DNA of 64,000 nucleotides from assembly GCA_965249025.1 (NCBI GenBank), contig OZ252215.1:1807045-1871044 (forward strand), in the 5' to 3' direction. The notes beneath the pieces are model-generated. The model saw only the letters and a program-made list of their open reading frames with translations, was not told where the DNA came from and did not search any database. Of this stretch, positions 31,650-41,743 are shown one piece after another. The position numbers were made by a program, and so were the translations under genes. Within the stretch, counting starts at the first letter, position 1. Every line of letters starts with the position of its first letter. Origin of the DNA: Dehalococcoidia bacterium. GTDB taxonomy: Bacteria; Chloroflexota; Dehalococcoidia; Lucifugimonadales; CAYTFF01.

Positions 31650-32729
31650 TTACGTGAACTTTCCAATCTTTCTAGCCTTGCTCAATACGCGAGCGCGCCC
31701 ATTCTCCAGCACGGCCACATCTTCGATTCTAACACCGCCCCAGCCAGAGATATATATCCCAGGCTCTACGGTGAAGACCATCCCGTTTTCCATTACCGCT
31801 GTCGATTTTGGGCCTATGCCAGGGTATTCATGGATAGCTAACCCTACGCCGTGACCGAGGCCGTGGCCGAAGTTCTCCCCGAAGCCTGCCTCCGTTATGA
31901 CATCTCTCGCTAGCTTATCAACGTCACTCGTGGTCATGCCTGCCTCTACAGTGGCCTCGGCTATGAGTTGAGCGCCTAGCACTAGGTCATAGACTTTGCG
32001 AAAAGTATCGTCTGGCTCGCCTATGAAGATGGTTCGAGTTAGGTCGCTACAATACCCTTTATATTTAGCTCCCATGTCAATAACCACGGGCTGGCCTTCT
32101 TGTATCGGTACGTCAGCAGCCCTATGGTGGGGCAACGCTCCGTTCGGACCGGCCCCCACGATAATATCAAAGGACAGGCTCTCTGCCCCCTTGTCTCGCA
32201 TAGCCTTCTCTAGCTTCCAGGCAACCTGTGCCTCCGTCTGCCCAGGCTCTATGCTAAGGGTTATCTCGTCGATGGCCTTATCAGCTATCTCTACAGCCCT
32301 GGTCAATAGCCGAAGCTCCTCTTCATCCTTGATAGCCCTTATCTTCTCCACTAGACCATTGGTGGCCTTTAGCGATAGGTCGTTGCCTCCGGCATCTTTA
32401 ATGGCATTCACAAGGCTTTGGTACGTATTGACGGTCAAATCAGACCCCTCGAAGCCGACCGTAGTGGCATCTAGCTTGACGCACAGCTTGGGGAGCCATT
32501 CCACAGTCCCCTTGATACGCTCTATCTGAAACTCCGTCGCTTGCGTTTCCGCTTGCTCTATGTAGCGAAAGTCGGTACATAGAACGGCCTCTTTTTGTGA
32601 TATCAGAAGGTATCCAGCGGAGCCGGTGAAGCCAGAGAGATATCGCCTGTTCTCTGGAGATGATATGAGGATGGCGTCTAGCCCCATCCCTTGAAATCTG
32701 GCCCTCAGCTTATCCAGCCGTAAGCTCAC
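31650..32729 (-). CDS. Xaa-Pro aminopeptidase/dipeptidase, M24B family
   Basis: ..HGLGHGVGLAIHE.. and ..EPGIYI..GGVRIED.. metal-ligand motifs. GTG 32729 (GTGA overlap with the aroQ stop) is preferred; the track start 32849 would run 120 nt into aroQ. Confidence 0.85.
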   Translation of the reverse strand: MSLRLDKLRARFQGMGLDAILISSPENRRYLSGFTGSAGYLLISQKEAVLCTDFRYIEQAETQATEFQIERIKGTVEWLPKLCVKLDATTVGFEGSDLTVNTYQSLVNAIKDAGGNDLSLKATNGLVEKIRAIKDEEELRLLTRAVEIADKAIDEITLSIEPGQTEAQVAWKLEKAMRDKGAESLSFDIIVGAGPNGALPHHRAADVPIQEGQPVVIDMGAKYKGYCSDLTRTIFIGEPDDTFRKVYDLVLGAQLIAEATVEAGMTTSDVDKLARDVITEAGFGENFGHGLGHGVGLAIHEYPGIGPKSTAVMENGMVFTVEPGIYISGWGGVRIEDVAVLENGRARVLSKARKIGKFT

Positions 32730-33172
32730 ACAAGTCCTCCCCTTTTCAGATGGTCTGCCAAAAACTCCAGCGCATAGACATATCCACGCCAGCCCAGTCC
32801 GCTGATCTGTCCGACGGCTATAGGAGCCACCACGGACTTCTTGCGCCACTCCTCCCGACTGTAAATATTCGATAAGTGCACTTCTATCACGGGAAGTCGA
32901 GAGCCCGCTAGGGTGTCGGCCAGCGACAGGCCGTAGTGCGTTAGGGCACCGGGGTTAATGACTATTCCAGCCGCTGGTGAGGAGCTGGACTGTAGATAGT
33001 CTATGAGCGCTCCCTCGCTGTTTGACTGGAAGAACTCAAGTTCCACATCCAGGTCCTTTGCCTTTTCCCTGAGGACCCCTTCGATGTCCTCTAAAGATTT
33101 CGTCCCGTAGACGGATGGCTCGCGCCTGCCCAATGTATTGAGGTTTGGCCCGTTAATTATGAGAATCTTCAT
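32726..33172 (-). CDS. aroQ: 3-dehydroquinate dehydratase, type II
   Basis: MKILIINGPNLNTLGRREPSVYG.. The track start 33238 is an extension into xerC. Confidence 0.9.
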   Translation of the reverse strand: MKILIINGPNLNTLGRREPSVYGTKSLEDIEGVLREKAKDLDVELEFFQSNSEGALIDYLQSSSSPAAGIVINPGALTHYGLSLADTLAGSRLPVIEVHLSNIYSREEWRKKSVVAPIAVGQISGLGWRGYVYALEFLADHLKRGGLV

Positions 33173-34109
33173 GGCCTGTCTCCAACTTTTCCTTCTCTTT
33201 TCTCGCCCTGGCCCTCGGATGAGCCGAGAGATAAACATGTCGCGCCTGAGCCTGACTCACGTGGGTGTATATTTGAGTTGTTGCTGGTGATGAGTGGCCG
33301 AGTAGCTCCTGCACTACCCGCAGGTCGGCGCCGCCGTCCAACAGATGGGTGGCGAAGGAGTGCCTCAGGGTGTGTGTATGCACTCCCGACATGAGTCCTG
33401 CTTTGGCAGAGTAGAATCTAACTTTCATTTGCACACTTCGCTGGCTCAGCCTGTATCCCCGACGGCTGAGGATGAGGGCGTCCTTGCTAGCCCTATTGGC
33501 CCATAGGAATCGCACTTGAGTGAGGTACGTGTCCATGGCCAGCTTTGCGTCCAGTCCAAAGAGCACTATTCTCATTTTTGAGCCTTTACCCAGCACCCTC
33601 AACTCTTGATTCGCCAGGTTGATGTCGTCCAAATTCAACCCTACAACTTCGCTTACCCTGAGCCCGCCTCCATAGACCAGCTCTAGGATTGCTTTGTCCC
33701 GCACTCCAACGGGCGTCGATGTGTCGGGCGCTTCCAGAAGAAGCTCCATGTCAGACACTGACAGAGGAGACGGTAGCCTACGTTCCATCTTTGGAGACGA
33801 CACTAGGACCGTCGGGTCGTCAGCCAAGAGGTCCTGCCAAGCCAACCACCTAAATAGAGTGCGTAGAGTGCTCAATTTCCTTACCACACTGCTTCTGACA
33901 TATCCCAGCCTGATTAGCCAAGCCAGATAGCTGCGTATGAAAATTCGGTCCACTTCCTCCAAGCTGGGAACGTCGGTCTCTTTGAGATATTCGTAAAATG
34001 GCCCAAGATCAGTGAGATAATTGCGAATCGTCAATGGAGCTAGGGCCTTCCCAACCTTAAGGAAGGTCTTGAACTCATTCAGCGTAGAGACCCACTCTTG
34101 TTCGTTCAT
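33153..34109 (-). CDS. xerC: Site-specific tyrosine recombinase XerC/XerD
   Basis: 318 aa; ..LRHSFATHLLDGGADLRVVQELLGHSSPATTQIYTHV.. catalytic R-H-R-Y context. Confidence 0.85.
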   Translation of the reverse strand: MNEQEWVSTLNEFKTFLKVGKALAPLTIRNYLTDLGPFYEYLKETDVPSLEEVDRIFIRSYLAWLIRLGYVRSSVVRKLSTLRTLFRWLAWQDLLADDPTVLVSSPKMERRLPSPLSVSDMELLLEAPDTSTPVGVRDKAILELVYGGGLRVSEVVGLNLDDINLANQELRVLGKGSKMRIVLFGLDAKLAMDTYLTQVRFLWANRASKDALILSRRGYRLSQRSVQMKVRFYSAKAGLMSGVHTHTLRHSFATHLLDGGADLRVVQELLGHSSPATTQIYTHVSQAQARHVYLSAHPRARARKEKEKLETGHEDSHN

Positions 34110-34111
34110 GA

Positions 34112-36265
34112 CTACACTGCTACCTCAAGGGACTCTTCTTCAGGTAGAGGGACCTTGTAATCACATGCGGTGCACTTTCCTTGACCTCTGCCGTAGGCCA
34201 CTAGGAGGCCACTACAGCTAGGACAGGGCTGGGGCAAGGGTCTCTGATTGATGGCAAAGTCGCAGTTGGGATAGTTAGAGCACCCGTAGAATCTCTTGCC
34301 GCCCTTGCCTCTTTGTCTGCGCTCCACCAGGTCGCCTCCGCACTTCGGGCATTCGACGCCTGTTTTAGTCAGGAACGGCTTTGAGTTACGGCACTCTGGG
34401 AAGCCGCTACATGACAGGAACTTACCGAACCGTCCTGTTTTGATGACCATGGGGCGTTCGCATTTCTCGCACGTTTCCTCTGTCTCTTCATCTATTGCGG
34501 ATCGTGGCACCCGCTCGGCCTTCTCCATAGCTGTGGCAACTGCCTTCTCGAAGGGGCTGTAGAACCTCTTCAACATAGGAACCCACTCCAACTCCCCCTG
34601 GGCTATATCGTCCAGGTCCTTCTCCATCTGGGCAGTAAAATCCGTGTTCATTACGTTGGGGAAGTGGGTGATTAGCAGGTCGCAGATGACGGTGCCTAGC
34701 TTTGTTGGGATGAATTGGCCTCGGGTTTTTTCTACGTAGCTCCGATCCTGAATGGTGGATATTGTTGGAGCGTAGGTGCTGGGCCTCCCGATTCCCTTCT
34801 CTTCGAGAGCCTTTATTAGGCCTGCCTCTGTGTAGCGAGGGGGCGGCTGGGTGAAATTCTGGTCAGATTTCAATCCAAGACAGTCCAATGGTTCGCCCTT
34901 TGAGAGCTTTGGAAGCTTCGATTCCTCATCCTCCTCATTCTTTTGCTCTTCATCCTTGCTCTCGATGTACAGGACACGAAATCCAGCGAACTTGAGGACA
35001 GAACCCTTGGCTTTGAAGAGGTAGCGAGTGTCCGATTGTTGGTTGGTTGCCTCTATATCTACGTTCGTTGAGTCGGAAAGGGCGTCCGCCATTTGACTGG
35101 CCAGCATACGCTTCCATATCAGCTCGTACAGCTTCTGTTGGTCCCAGTTCAAGTATGGACGGACGATCTCAGGCTCCCTTTGTATCGAGGTGGGCCTGAT
35201 GGCTTCGTGGGCCTCCTGAGCGCCCTTCACCTTCTTAGCAAAGACCCTTGGCGACTTGGGTGCGTACTCTGCACCGAACTTCTTTACAATGTAGGAGTTC
35301 GCTTCTCTTAAGGCAGATGCGGCCACGTTAGTTGAGTCGGTGCGCATGTATGTGATGAGACCAACTTCCCCTTCTTTACCTATTGGCAACCCCTCGTACA
35401 GTTGTTGGGCTACCTGCATCGTCTTCCTAGAGGAGAACCTTAGCTTGCGCGATGCCTCTTGCTGTAGTGTGCTGGTGATAAAGGGAGGAGCCGGCCTTGT
35501 GTGGGTCTCCTTCTTAGCTACCTCTAGGACTGTATAGGAGGCTCCATCCAGGTCCGCGGTGATGGATCTGGCCTGCTGACCGTTCTCGATGGACAGTCGT
35601 TTCCTCTGCCCCTTGAGGGAATGGAGCTTCCCTTTGAAGGTAGCGCGTTTGCTCTTGGCGCCCTCTTGCTTAGCAAGATTCGCTATGATGCTCCAGTACT
35701 CTTGGGGCACGAAGGCCTGAATCTCTCGCTCCCGGTCTACCACCAGACGCAGTGCTACAGACTGCACTCTTCCAGCGGACAGTCCTTTTCTCACCTTGCC
35801 CCACAGCAATGGGCTGAGGCGATAGCCCACCAGCCTGTCTAGAATGCGACGGGCCTGCTGGGCGTTCACCAAGCGCATATCAATGTCACGGGGATGTTTG
35901 AAAGCCGACTGTATGGCCTCTTGGGTGATCTCGTGAAAGGCCACGCGATGGACCTCCTTGCCCTTTAGCCCTGCGGCGTTGATGAGATGCCAGGATATGG
36001 CCTCTCCCTCTCGATCTGGGTCCGTGGCGAGGTAAACGACTGACGCCTCCCTTGAAGCGTCCTTTAGATCTTTGACCACCTTCTTCTTATCAGACATGAT
36101 GACGTAACTGGGTTCAAAGCCATCGTCTACTGCTACTCCCAACTCGCCTTTGGGTAGGTCTCTGACGTGTCCCATGGACGCCTTTACAACGTATTTGTTC
36201 CCCAGGTAGCGACCCATAGTGCGGGCCTTAGCTGGGGATTCTACTATTACTAGGTCTTTAGCCAT
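34112..36265 (-). CDS. topA: DNA topoisomerase I
   Basis: 717 aa; Toprim LVIVESPAKARTM; C-terminal Cys4 zinc fingers (CEKCERPM.., CPKCGGDL.., CPSCSGLL..). Confidence 0.95.
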   Translation of the reverse strand: MAKDLVIVESPAKARTMGRYLGNKYVVKASMGHVRDLPKGELGVAVDDGFEPSYVIMSDKKKVVKDLKDASREASVVYLATDPDREGEAISWHLINAAGLKGKEVHRVAFHEITQEAIQSAFKHPRDIDMRLVNAQQARRILDRLVGYRLSPLLWGKVRKGLSAGRVQSVALRLVVDREREIQAFVPQEYWSIIANLAKQEGAKSKRATFKGKLHSLKGQRKRLSIENGQQARSITADLDGASYTVLEVAKKETHTRPAPPFITSTLQQEASRKLRFSSRKTMQVAQQLYEGLPIGKEGEVGLITYMRTDSTNVAASALREANSYIVKKFGAEYAPKSPRVFAKKVKGAQEAHEAIRPTSIQREPEIVRPYLNWDQQKLYELIWKRMLASQMADALSDSTNVDIEATNQQSDTRYLFKAKGSVLKFAGFRVLYIESKDEEQKNEEDEESKLPKLSKGEPLDCLGLKSDQNFTQPPPRYTEAGLIKALEEKGIGRPSTYAPTISTIQDRSYVEKTRGQFIPTKLGTVICDLLITHFPNVMNTDFTAQMEKDLDDIAQGELEWVPMLKRFYSPFEKAVATAMEKAERVPRSAIDEETEETCEKCERPMVIKTGRFGKFLSCSGFPECRNSKPFLTKTGVECPKCGGDLVERRQRGKGGKRFYGCSNYPNCDFAINQRPLPQPCPSCSGLLVAYGRGQGKCTACDYKVPLPEEESLEVAV

Positions 36266-36290
36266 CTTCTCCTCATACTTGTCACTTGTC

Positions 36291-37403
36291 CTAAGCTGGT
36301 GTTTCGTATTCGGCTACAGTTTCCTTTAGCCTCACATAATTCATGCCGCCCACCTGTCTTATCAGTCCTTTGACCTCCATCATCGCGAGGGCACCGCTTG
36401 CGGTGGCGATAGGTAGGCCCGCATTTCTGATTACATCATCAATATGGATGGGTTCATATGTTATGTAGCGTAACAAAAGGGACTCCGTATCATCTTTGGG
36501 AAAGAGCGCCTTCATCTCCATCTGCTGCCCCACTGCGGAAAGATTCAACTCCTCTAATATATCATTATAGTCTATAACTAGCTTTGCCCCCTCCTGTATG
36601 ATTCTATTGGACCCTCGGCTGGCGGGAGAGAATATGCTCCCAGGTAGGGCAAATACCTCCCTATCCTGCTCCAGAGCGTGTCTCACGGTCCACAATGCTC
36701 CGCTTGCTTCTCCTGCCTCAACTACCAAAGTGCCCAATGTCATTCCGCTCATTATTCGGTTGCGCCGGGGAAAGTTCCTGGCGTCGGGCCTGGTGCCAAT
36801 TGGGAACTCGCTTATCACAGCACCCCTCTCTGATATTTGCTGGGCTAGGTCGGTGTGCTCCCTGGGATATATCACGTTCACACCGCTTCCCAGGACGGCA
36901 ATGGTTCTCCCTCCTCCTTCCAAAGTCGCACGGTGGGCTATGCCGTCGATTCCTCGAGCCAGCCCGCTGACTATCGTTATCTGATTGCGGGCCAGGTCTG
37001 AGACCAGCCTATAAGTTACCTCTCTTCCGTATGCGGTGGCCTTGCGTGTCCCTACCACCGCCACGGAGCGCTCGTCCTCAGGCAGTATGGAGCCGCTAAC
37101 ATAGAGCACTGGAGGGGGGTCGTATATCTCTTTTAGCCTGGGTGGATATTCATCGCCGTTCCAGTTGATAGCCCTAACATTCAACTTCTCCATTTGCTCC
37201 ATCTCGTCATCTGGGTCGATGGATGGCCGTTTCGTCTGAATGGCTGTTACTGTCGCTCGGTCCAAGCCGGCCGCCTTGAACTCAGACGAAGGGGCGCGCC
37301 ACGCCTTCTCCATAGAGCCAAAGTGACGCTCCATTTTGGAGAAGCGGGCTGGCCCCAGCCTGGGGATGCGGTTGAAGGCTATCCAGAATCTTATGTCTGA
37401 CAT
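36291..37403 (-). CDS. dprA: DNA-processing protein DprA
   Basis: 370 aa; ..VSGLARGIDGIAHRATLEGGGRTIAVLGSGVNVIYPREH.. Confidence 0.9.
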   Translation of the reverse strand: MSDIRFWIAFNRIPRLGPARFSKMERHFGSMEKAWRAPSSEFKAAGLDRATVTAIQTKRPSIDPDDEMEQMEKLNVRAINWNGDEYPPRLKEIYDPPPVLYVSGSILPEDERSVAVVGTRKATAYGREVTYRLVSDLARNQITIVSGLARGIDGIAHRATLEGGGRTIAVLGSGVNVIYPREHTDLAQQISERGAVISEFPIGTRPDARNFPRRNRIMSGMTLGTLVVEAGEASGALWTVRHALEQDREVFALPGSIFSPASRGSNRIIQEGAKLVIDYNDILEELNLSAVGQQMEMKALFPKDDTESLLLRYITYEPIHIDDVIRNAGLPIATASGALAMMEVKGLIRQVGGMNYVRLKETVAEYETPA

Positions 37404-37553
37404 CTTTTAGCTGAAATGGGTATGAACTGTTATAAAATAGTACGGCTAATACTATTCAAATGGCTTAGAGCCTTATACTATTGCAATTGGAAGAGTAACC
37501 AAAGAAGTAGGCACGTGTCAACATTAGCCGTACTTACATATGCCCAAAAACAG

Positions 37554-37582
37554 TTGACAGGGAACATCACTCATTGTATGTT
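37554..37582 (+). promoter_or_regulatory. Sigma-70-like promoter upstream of the RDD/DUF2339/DUF3999 genes
   Basis: TTGACA (37554-37559), 17-nt spacer, TATGTT (37577-37582). Confidence 0.35.
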
Positions 37583-37708
37583 GCGTCCGTCGTAATTAGA
37601 GAAGAGACGTATAACTATGCTAACAAATGGAGCATGAGATTTGCGTGACTGAGGAAAGACGCTGCTAATCTAGCCGTTATTACGAATATCGGATGGCAGG
37701 TGTGTGAA

Positions 37709-38287
37709 ATGAGATGCCCCAACTGTAGCGTTGAAAACCCTCCTGAGGCTCAATTCTGTGACAACTGCGGCACTCAATTAGTTGAGCCTCGATCTGAGGA
37801 AGCTCGCCAGTCTGTACCTACTGCAGATGTAGCAACTGGGGAAACAAGGTATGCGGGTTTTTGGATTCGACTTGGGGCCTGGGCCATAGACGTATTTGTT
37901 CTGGCTGTGTCATTTTTCATTTTTCAAATTGGGATCCAACTTTTGGTTCTCGGTCTTGACTTTTTCGACCTATCCGGCTCTTTTGGTAATTTAGGCGTCG
38001 TTATCTTCCTAAACTTTCCAGTTGTGGTATTTGGGCCGAGGATATACTATGTTTTGCTGACTGGCTTGAGGGGACAGACTGTAGGCAAGATGGCTTTGGG
38101 AATCAAGGTGGTGATTGGTGGGAATCGGAACCCAGGGATCGGACGCGCCGCCCTTCGAGAGACCATCGGGAAGTTAATTTCCATAATTGCTTTCTTTTTA
38201 GGTATTCTGTGGATCGTCTGGGACCCGCGGAAGCAGGGCTGGCACGACAAAATAGCTAACACCTATGTTGTTGTAGTTCGACGCTAA
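37709..38287 (+). CDS. RDD-family membrane protein with N-terminal zinc ribbon
   Basis: MRCPNCSVENPPEAQFCDNCG zinc ribbon; ..YAGFWIRLGAWAIDVFVL.. and ..WDPRKQGWHDKIANTYVV.. RDD signature. Confidence 0.75.
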   Translation: MRCPNCSVENPPEAQFCDNCGTQLVEPRSEEARQSVPTADVATGETRYAGFWIRLGAWAIDVFVLAVSFFIFQIGIQLLVLGLDFFDLSGSFGNLGVVIFLNFPVVVFGPRIYYVLLTGLRGQTVGKMALGIKVVIGGNRNPGIGRAALRETIGKLISIIAFFLGILWIVWDPRKQGWHDKIANTYVVVVRR

Positions 38288-38301
38288 CGAAGGAGGTTCA
38301 T

Positions 38302-40275
38302 ATGGAATGCCCAAATTGCCATAATGTCAATGAAGAAGGCAATAAGTTCTGCATCTCTTGCGGCACACCCTTGACGCCTCCTCAAGAGGAGTCCTCTTCA
38401 GAAGTTACGGGAGAAGTCACCGAGCCTGACGAAGTCGCCTCTATAGACTTGCAGACGTTGCACAGCGAGCTGCGTCGCCTCCGCGATGACCTCACTCAAA
38501 TGAACAGACGGATCGTCGCATTAGAGCGCAGTCAATCTGCATCTATTCCTGCCACACATCGCCTGGAAGGGCCTGCTCCTGGTGTTCAAGGAGGTATGCC
38601 TCCACCTGAAGGGGAGGACATCCTCGGTAGGATTAGGGAGTGGGACTGGGAGCGCATCCTAGGAGGCAACTGGCTTGCCAGAATAGGCGTCCTTGCCCTG
38701 ATTATAGGTGTCGCCTTCTTCCTCAAGCTGGCCTTTGACAACGACTGGATCGGTCCCACAGGACGGATCGTTCTAGGCATCGTCGGAGGTTTGGCGTTGC
38801 TGGGAGCCGGCCAGTTTTGGTGGAAGAAGTACCCTGCGTACTCCCAGGCCATCACGGGTGGTGGTATAGCCTTACTCTATCTCTCCTTCTTCGCCGCCTT
38901 TGCTATATACAGCCTGATAGATATTTATTCAGCAACGGCCTTGCTACTGATGGTCAGCGTGGCCTCGGCGGCTCTGTCCCTGCAACATGAATCAAAGAGC
39001 CTGGCCATTATCGGTATCCTCGGAGCCTTTAGCGCTCCCTTCATCCTGGGAGGTTTTGACCAGGAAGCTAGGGGAGTGGTACGGACAGGACAGAACATCC
39101 AGCTACTGGCATATATTATAGGTGTGGACCTAGGGGTGCTCGTTCTGTCCACCTTCCGCAACTGGCGATGGTTCACCCTACTGGCCCTCATTGGGTCTCT
39201 CGCGGCCTATGGCGGATGGTTCGCGGAGTTTGGGGACGATGCCAGCCTCCTTACCACTCAAGGGGGGCTTACCCTTATATTCCTGATATTCGTAGGTGCT
39301 ACCACCCTCTTCCATGTAGTTTGGCGTAGGGCTCCTCGTGATTTTGACCAGTTTCTTATGGTGCTCAACGCCGCCGCCTACTTCGGCATAAGCTACAGCC
39401 TCCTGTGGAACGACTTCCGCCCCTGGATGGGCGGATTCTCGCTGGCCATGTCTCTCTTTTATGGAGGCCTGGCTTACCTTGCCCTTAAGCGCAGCACAGA
39501 GAACGTCACCCTTAGCTTCTTTGCCTTGGGAATTGCTCTAGTTTTCCTCACCATAGCCGTCCCTGTCCAGTTAGGAGACAAGGCCTGGACCACTATTGCC
39601 TGGGCTGCAGAGGGAGCCATCCTGCTGTGGATATCCTTCCATCTGCGCATGCCTCGGATTCGCTACTTTGGCTACGCAATCTTTGTCATTACCGCCATAA
39701 GGCTGGTCTTCTTCGATACGCCGGTGGACGCAGCTACCTTCCGCTCCATAGTCAACGAGCGATTTCTGGCTTTCCTGGTCGGCATTGGGGTCATGTACTT
39801 GTCCGCTTACATGGTAAATCGCAATAAGGATGCCCTTATGGAATGGGAGAGGGGCAAGTCATCGGTCTATGGCATTTTCCTGGTAGCTGCCAACGTGCTT
39901 ACGCTATGGATTTTGACCGCGGAGGTCATAGCCTACTTCGACGCCCGAATAAGCGACTTGGGCCGCCCGGACAGGTTCGGCGTCGTCGGCAGGGGCCTAA
40001 GGAACGCCCAGAATCTGTCCCTGACAGCCCTCTGGGCGGTCTACGCCTTGATACTGATGGTCGTCGGTATTGCCAAGGGATCAAAGCCAGTACGCATAGC
40101 AGCTTTGGCCCTCCTGACTATTCCAATAGCCAAGGTTTTCGTTTACGATGTTTTTACGTTGGAGCGCATATACAGAGTAGTCGCCTTTATGGGATTAGGA
40201 GCGCTTCTCCTGATAGGAGGCTATCTATATCAGCGGTACAGCAGCAAAATAAAGGGGTTCATTCTTGCTAAGTAA
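38302..40275 (+). CDS. DUF2339-like polytopic membrane protein with N-terminal zinc ribbon and coiled coil
   Basis: AAGGAGG RBS. CPNCHNVNEEGNKFCISCG, then ..LRRLRDDLTQMNRRIVALE.., then about 15 or more TM segments. The family call is from memory of the architecture. Confidence 0.55.
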   Translation: MECPNCHNVNEEGNKFCISCGTPLTPPQEESSSEVTGEVTEPDEVASIDLQTLHSELRRLRDDLTQMNRRIVALERSQSASIPATHRLEGPAPGVQGGMPPPEGEDILGRIREWDWERILGGNWLARIGVLALIIGVAFFLKLAFDNDWIGPTGRIVLGIVGGLALLGAGQFWWKKYPAYSQAITGGGIALLYLSFFAAFAIYSLIDIYSATALLLMVSVASAALSLQHESKSLAIIGILGAFSAPFILGGFDQEARGVVRTGQNIQLLAYIIGVDLGVLVLSTFRNWRWFTLLALIGSLAAYGGWFAEFGDDASLLTTQGGLTLIFLIFVGATTLFHVVWRRAPRDFDQFLMVLNAAAYFGISYSLLWNDFRPWMGGFSLAMSLFYGGLAYLALKRSTENVTLSFFALGIALVFLTIAVPVQLGDKAWTTIAWAAEGAILLWISFHLRMPRIRYFGYAIFVITAIRLVFFDTPVDAATFRSIVNERFLAFLVGIGVMYLSAYMVNRNKDALMEWERGKSSVYGIFLVAANVLTLWILTAEVIAYFDARISDLGRPDRFGVVGRGLRNAQNLSLTALWAVYALILMVVGIAKGSKPVRIAALALLTIPIAKVFVYDVFTLERIYRVVAFMGLGALLLIGGYLYQRYSSKIKGFILAK

Positions 40276-41563
40276 ACGCTCAAGATTGTCGCTAGGGCTA
40301 GCCGCCGCCCTTCTCACTTCGCTCTTAGCACCATTGGGAGTATTGGCGGACTTCTCCTTGAAGGACTGGCATTACTACAAGCCCATCACTCTGTCTTCTA
40401 CCATCAACGTGGAGGAGTTTGTCGAGCTACTTCCTGACGTCGAGATATTCGCCGGCTCCTCGTCTACACTGACGGACCTGCGGATAATCGCTGACGACGG
40501 CACAGAGGTTCCCTACAAACTCGAAGTAAGCAGAAGCGAGCGTCAGAGCCAGACATTGTCTGCGCAGATGAGAGACCAGGGCTATATTGTGGGCCAGTAC
40601 ACCACCTTTATTGTCGACCTTGGCCGTAGGGGGATCCTCCACAACCAGATTGAAATAACAATCGATGATTCCGACTTCAGGCGAACCGCCACCGTCGAGA
40701 CCAGCGACGACGGCGATATGTGGGCCGAGGTAGTCGACAAGAAGATCTACGATTTCACCGTTGAGGAGCGAAGCTTTACTGCCCGTGACACACGAGTAGC
40801 ATACCCTGACAGCACTGCTCGTTTCCTGAGAGTGAAAATAGCCGATGAAGGCGAGGGGCCGCTGGAGGTAGCTGCCGCCTCCGTCTTCTTTGTCAGGGAG
40901 AGGCCTGCTAAAGAGGTCAGATGGCCCAGGCCAGATATGAGCGCACACGTAGACGCTGATAGGCAGGCGACTATTGTAGATCTGGACTTGGGTACCCCTG
41001 GTATTCCTACCTCTCGAATGGTTCTTGAGATTGGTGACGACAATTTCTATAGAGAAATTACCCTGGAGGAGAGCGACGACCGAGGGCGATGGACAACGGT
41101 GTCGAATAGCAACATCTTCAGTTACAACACCTCCAAGTTTGTGGGGAATAGGCTTGAGTTTAGCTACCGCGAGACCACTAGCCGAAATCTCCGCCTGGTT
41201 ATCCATGACCAGGACAGCCCGCCCCTGGATATCAAAGGCACAGACGTCTGGGGCTTTCAGCGAAGGCTCGTCTTTGAGGCAGACCCGTCTAAGACCTACA
41301 CGGTCTATTACGGCAATTCAGACGCCCGAAAACCGAATTACGATATAGAGCAGGTGTTTCCGTACTTGGAAACGGAAGACCTGCCTAGAGTCCAGGTAGG
41401 ACAGCAGTTCAGCAACTCGGATTTTGTGGAGAAGAAGCCGCCTGTGAGCGAGCGGTTTCCCTGGCTGTTACCCTTCGTTATAGGCATAGTTGCCCTATCG
41501 GTTGCCCTGATCCTCTTTGGGGTGATAAGGCAGGCCAGAAAGGTGCTCCCCCCACCTGCTTAG
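40265..41563 (+). CDS. DUF3999-like exported protein with C-terminal TM anchor
   Basis: Overlaps the upstream stop by 11 nt. Signal peptide, beta-rich body, C-terminal TM + RQARK. The DUF2339/DUF3999 gene pairing is recalled from other genomes. Confidence 0.5.
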   Translation: MLSKRSRLSLGLAAALLTSLLAPLGVLADFSLKDWHYYKPITLSSTINVEEFVELLPDVEIFAGSSSTLTDLRIIADDGTEVPYKLEVSRSERQSQTLSAQMRDQGYIVGQYTTFIVDLGRRGILHNQIEITIDDSDFRRTATVETSDDGDMWAEVVDKKIYDFTVEERSFTARDTRVAYPDSTARFLRVKIADEGEGPLEVAAASVFFVRERPAKEVRWPRPDMSAHVDADRQATIVDLDLGTPGIPTSRMVLEIGDDNFYREITLEESDDRGRWTTVSNSNIFSYNTSKFVGNRLEFSYRETTSRNLRLVIHDQDSPPLDIKGTDVWGFQRRLVFEADPSKTYTVYYGNSDARKPNYDIEQVFPYLETEDLPRVQVGQQFSNSDFVEKKPPVSERFPWLLPFVIGIVALSVALILFGVIRQARKVLPPPA

Positions 41564-41743
41564 AGGAAGAGACTGTCTAGAAATACCCTGTTCTGAAGCA
41601 TAGGGCATGAATGCTACCTCTTTTAGGGGTGGTCTAATTAAGCAGCCTTATAAAACAGCCCTCTTGTAACGCAACCATTGGAACTATAAAATAGCCCTAT
41701 CTTGTATCCTAATAGCCTATAGCCTTGTTGAAAGGAGACGGCC

